Origin: Acidimicrobiales bacterium
GTDB lineage: Bacteria; Actinomycetota; Acidimicrobiia; Acidimicrobiales; MedAcidi-G1
DNA: 64,000 bases
Direction: 5' to 3'
NCBI GenBank assembly: GCA_014239855.1
Contig: JAAZXY010000005.1
Location: forward strand, 12,267-76,266
In this document: positions 59,539 to 64,000 of the stretch, in pieces
Layout of the letters: the number at the start of each line of letters is the position of its first letter
How positions within the stretch are numbered: position 1 is the first letter of the stretch
The notes under the pieces: model-generated
The model's database searches: none
Told to the model about the DNA's origin: nothing
The model's input: only the letters and a program-made list of their open reading frames with translations
Made by a program: the position numbers and the translations under genes

Positions 59539-59594
59539 CTCAGGAGCCCAACGTCAGGGGCCCAGAGTCAGGGGCCCAGAGTCAGGAACCCGAC
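59539..59594. repeat. 4 x 14-bp tandem array (two perfect central copies) spanning the udk stop codon
   Basis: Plus strand: CTCAGGAGCCCAAC GTCAGGGGCCCAGA GTCAGGGGCCCAGA GTCAGGAACCCGAC. Confidence 0.9.
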
Positions 59595-60223
59595 AGCCGG
59601 ACCGCGGGCCGATCGGATCGGAGACGGTCGACGGCGGCCATCACCGTGTCAAGGTTGGCGGCCAGGTCGCCTCTCCCGTCCAGGCACAGGTCGGCGTGCG
59701 TGGCACTCGGCCCCACGAACGCCTCGTGCATGGGCGCCACGGTGGCCTCGAACTGGGCCTGCACGCTGGCCGTCGTGCGCCCGCGTTCGCGCACGTCACG
59801 ATCCATGCGACGGGCCAGACGGATCTCGGCCGGCGCATCCACGAAGACCGCCAGGTCGAGGCGACGACGCAGAGCGGGCACGGCCAGGACCAGGATCCCG
59901 TCGACCACCACCACGGGGCGCGGCTCCACCCGTCGGGTCCGCCCCGTCCGGGTATGCGTGGCGAAGTCGTAGATCGGTACGTCGACCGGCCGACCGGCCA
60001 ACAGGCTGTCCAGGTGGTCGACCAGCAGCGCCTCGTCCAGCGAGTCCGGATGGTCGTAGTTGACGACTGCCCTCTGTTCGACCGGCAGGTGGGCCAGGTC
60101 GTGGTAGTACTCGTCGTACCACAGCACCGACGCATCGTCGCCGAGACGCGAGGTCAGGCCGTCGACCAGCGTGGTCTTCCCCGCTCCACTACCTCCGGCC
60201 AGGCCCAGCACCGCGCTCCGCAC
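59582..60223 (-). CDS. udk: uridine kinase
   Basis: ORF track 213 aa (GTG start). GLAGGSGAGKTT, NYDHPDS, YDFATHTR, VDGIL. Confidence 0.9.
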   Translation of the reverse strand: MRSAVLGLAGGSGAGKTTLVDGLTSRLGDDASVLWYDEYYHDLAHLPVEQRAVVNYDHPDSLDEALLVDHLDSLLAGRPVDVPIYDFATHTRTGRTRRVEPRPVVVVDGILVLAVPALRRRLDLAVFVDAPAEIRLARRMDRDVRERGRTTASVQAQFEATVAPMHEAFVGPSATHADLCLDGRGDLAANLDTVMAAVDRLRSDRPAVRLSGS

Positions 60224-60281
60224 GGAAAACGAGCCTAGGTGGGCCGGCGGGTGACTTCTCGAGGCCTGTTCCCGGTCCGGC

Positions 60282-61739
<1,458 letters not shown>

Positions 61740-61921
61740 GTCGGCTCCTTGGCACGCTGGGTGCCACGTGTTCGGATCCACTCCCCGGTCGGGGCAGGCC
61801 CGGACGACGAGGGACTCAGTTTTCTGGACGAAGCCGGGCTGGGGTCTTCTGACGCCAATTCAGGCAGCCGCGGTGACCACAGGATAGCGGTCATCACCCG
61901 GCGAATCGGGGCGCCCGGGTG

Positions 61922-62842
61922 TCACACCCGCCACTCCAGCCCTGGAGCAGGGGCGGGGTCGTAGCCCTCGGTGAGGGCCAGACCGAGACCGATCTGTTCG
62001 GCCAGCACCGCCAGTACGCAGGTGTCGACCAGCGGATCCCCGTCACCGGCCTCGATGACCAGCACCGAGGCCACGAACTCGTCCAGCAGTTCGACGTACC
62101 GGTCGAGGGCCTCTCCGTCCGCGGCCGACTCGTGGCCTCCACGGAGGAACACCGCGGTGAACACCTGCCGCGTCACGTCACCGTGCTGACCCCACGAACA
62201 GACCTCTCCATGCCGCAGATCCGGCGTGGCCGCCGCCCAGGACACCACCTTTCCGTGCCGGTTGGCCTGATAGCGGGCCTGGTCGGCCAGCGCCCCACCC
62301 ACCGGCCCCCCACCATGGAAGATGGGCAACGTCCGGCCGATGGACCGCACGACGTGAGCGACGGTGCCCTCCGCCCCGTGGTGGGCCAGACGAGCTTCCA
62401 GACGGTCGGCGACCTCGGCGGGAGAGAGCTGGTCGACGGCCGTGCCGCCCGCCAACCAGTTGAGCCGGCCCAGACCGGCCACCACACGGGTGGCCAGGCC
62501 CACGTTGGCCCCCACCTTGGCCCCCATCTGGACTGGAGCATCCGGGTCGATCAGACCGTCCACGGCCAGATCCACGACGCTGGCGGGGAGCCGACCCACC
62601 GGCTCATCCTCGCCGGCCACCAGCAGCGGCCACGGCGCCCAGCGTCCAGCCAACCCGGCGATGGCCCGGGCCGCCAACCGGGCCGGACCGTCACCCCGCA
62701 GCACCACCAGGCCCACCTCGGCCACCGGTCGTTCGTCCGGCGCAGGCAGCGCACGGATGTCCCCGGGCGCGGCAAGCGACCGACCGACCAGACCCGCGCT
62801 GTCTCGTGGGTGGGTCCCCTCTGATTCACCCATTCGTGCCAC
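61922..62842 (-). CDS. SIS-domain sugar isomerase-like protein (bacterial PGI/PMI type)
   Basis: ORF track 306 aa (GTG start behind GGGGGAGAG). Weak similarity to the SIS protein found between manA and pmm in actinobacteria (IFHGGGP, YQANRHGK). Confidence 0.6.
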   Translation of the reverse strand: MARMGESEGTHPRDSAGLVGRSLAAPGDIRALPAPDERPVAEVGLVVLRGDGPARLAARAIAGLAGRWAPWPLLVAGEDEPVGRLPASVVDLAVDGLIDPDAPVQMGAKVGANVGLATRVVAGLGRLNWLAGGTAVDQLSPAEVADRLEARLAHHGAEGTVAHVVRSIGRTLPIFHGGGPVGGALADQARYQANRHGKVVSWAAATPDLRHGEVCSWGQHGDVTRQVFTAVFLRGGHESAADGEALDRYVELLDEFVASVLVIEAGDGDPLVDTCVLAVLAEQIGLGLALTEGYDPAPAPGLEWRV

Positions 62843-62862
62843 CTTTCAGCTCTCCCCCACGG

Positions 62863-64000
62863 TCACGCGATGGCCCCCACGGTCACGCGATGGGCGGTTC
62901 CGTCCACCAGCAGTTCCGCGGGGCCCTCGTCCGGTCCGATCCAGGCCGCCTCACCGCGCCCGACAACCAGGTCGGGACGGTCGCCGGCTGCACGGATCCG
63001 GACCGTGCCCTGCGTGCACACCACCAGTTCGGGACCATGACGGTCGGACAGGTCCACCTCGAGCCCTGTTCCGCTCAACCGCCAGAGGGCGACTCCCGCC
63101 TTGCTCATCGGGTCCTCCGGTTCCCCCGATTGGCCGGCCAGGTACCGGTGGACCGGGACGGTCGGCGACTCGATGACGTCGACCCGATCGGGGCGGAGCA
63201 CCTCGACGAGAGCGGCCGGGTCCACGTGCTTGGTGGTCAGCCCGGCCCGGACCACGTCGTCGGAAACGGTCATCACCTCGACGGCCAGTCCCGAGAGGTG
63301 GGCGTGCAGGACACCGGGAGCCACGAACAGGGCATCACCGTCGGCGAGCACGAGGTGACGGAGCAGCGGAACGAGCAGCAGTGCCGGATCCCCCGGATGC
63401 AGTTCAGCCAATCGCAGGACCAGATCCGCGGTGGCCCGGTGTCCATCGTCGGTCGAGCCGTCAGCGGCGATCCCGTGGGCGGCCGAGACCAGACCGTCCA
63501 CGTCGTCGGATGTCGCTGCCAGAAGGGAAGCCACCGCGGTCGACCAGTCGGCCCGGCCGACGGCATCGACGGCCGACCTCGGGAGTCCCAACGCCGCCCC
63601 GGCGGCAACCGCATCGTCGACCGGTCGGAACCCACAGAGAACCTCGAACGATCCGACGGCACACACCATCTCCGGTTTGGCCGACGCATCGGGAAAACAC
63701 CGCCGCGGATCGTCGGTTGCCAGCCCGGCCTCGTCCTCCCGACGGTGCCCGTCCCTGGCCGCCCGTTCATCGGGATGCGCCTGAAGAGACAGTGGCCGTT
63801 CGACGGCCAGGACCTTGACCAGGAACGGCATCTCGTCCACCGTGGCGCGGCGACCATCGGCACGGAAGGTCGCCGGTCCCGACGGGTGGGCACCGAACCA
63901 CAGCTCGGCTTCCGGCACGCCGCTGGGGGCGACGCCCCGCAGGTCGGCCAGCGCCGTGGTGGATCCCCAGTCATATGACCGGATCACGCCGTCCAGCAGG
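62863..64000 (-). CDS. manA: mannose-6-phosphate isomerase, class I (N-terminus probably beyond the window edge)
   Basis: ORF track 62863..63987. SYDWGS, ELWFGAHP, LSLQAHPDE, PGVLHAH. The reading frame stays open to position 64000 (LLDGVIRSYDWGS). Confidence 0.9.
   Translation of the reverse strand, partial: LLDGVIRSYDWGSTTALADLRGVAPSGVPEAELWFGAHPSGPATFRADGRRATVDEMPFLVKVLAVERPLSLQAHPDERAARDGHRREDEAGLATDDPRRCFPDASAKPEMVCAVGSFEVLCGFRPVDDAVAAGAALGLPRSAVDAVGRADWSTAVASLLAATSDDVDGLVSAAHGIAADGSTDDGHRATADLVLRLAELHPGDPALLLVPLLRHLVLADGDALFVAPGVLHAHLSGLAVEVMTVSDDVVRAGLTTKHVDPAALVEVLRPDRVDVIESPTVPVHRYLAGQSGEPEDPMSKAGVALWRLSGTGLEVDLSDRHGPELVVCTQGTVRIRAAGDRPDLVVGRGEAAWIGPDEGPAELLVDGTAHRVTVGAIA

Noticed and set aside
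59543-59584. Programmed readthrough of the udk TGA into the repeat (13 more codons to the next TGA).
   Set aside because: There is no recoding signal, the extension is just the repeat sequence, and the 14-nt unit is not codon-periodic.
59539-59594. The 14-bp tandem arrays (also 46599-46626) considered as a miniature CRISPR array or mobile-element terminal repeats.
   Set aside because: The units are directly adjacent with no spacers. There are only 2-4 copies, no cas, transposase or integrase genes, and no flanking target-site duplications.
61740-61921. SAH riboswitch upstream of ahcY.
   Set aside because: I could not find the conserved SAH-riboswitch core or pseudoknot pairing by eye. A covariance-model scan is needed before any claim.

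Overview
High-GC chromosomal core segment with clear Actinomycetota signatures: mihF, a pgsA-acyltransferase-pimA (PIM) operon, infC-rpmI-rplT-tsnR, pyrR-pyrB-pyrC-carAB-pyrD-pyrF-mihF-gmk-rpoZ-coaBC-metK-priA, nusB-efp-pepQ-aroQBK, aroE-mltG-ruvX-alaS, rarA-aspS-hisS-rel-secFD-yajC, ruvCAB-yebC-pdxTS, ahcY and manA. I call 66 protein-coding genes, two of them cut by the window edges. Nearly all are recognisable housekeeping genes. 52 consecutive genes (10.4 kb to the right edge) lie on the minus strand, and many are start/stop-coupled. I saw no rRNA, tRNA, CRISPR array, transposase, integrase, phage, toxin-antitoxin or defence genes. Gene content is therefore ordinary, and I do not think a mobile or defence island is hidden here. 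The points worth a second look are finer-grained: (1) the tRNA-guanine transglycosylase keeps its catalytic motifs but has lost all three zinc-binding cysteines; (2) infC must start at a non-canonical codon (best candidate ATA) behind a long leader with duplicated modules; (3) an exact 9-mer, CGGTAGCCT (sense), which includes a TANNNT -10 box, recurs upstream of infC, def, aroK and hisS, and at least eight genes have a TANNNT box 6-7 nt before a start codon with no Shine-Dalgarno sequence (leaderless candidates), including a 24-bp back-to-back def/methyltransferase promoter pair; (4) the pyrR leader carries a PyrR-box-like loop next to the RBS, plus a perfect terminator-like hairpin just inside the longest ORF; (5) the PIM operon is extended by an M48/HtpX-like pseudo-protease (HExxH is HLLVR) that is GTGA-coupled to a DUF3048 lipoprotein; (6) there are many 11-15 bp tandem duplications at gene termini and in UTRs. 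All start codons were set by eye. The long plus-strand ORFs in the track are high-GC antisense artefacts.
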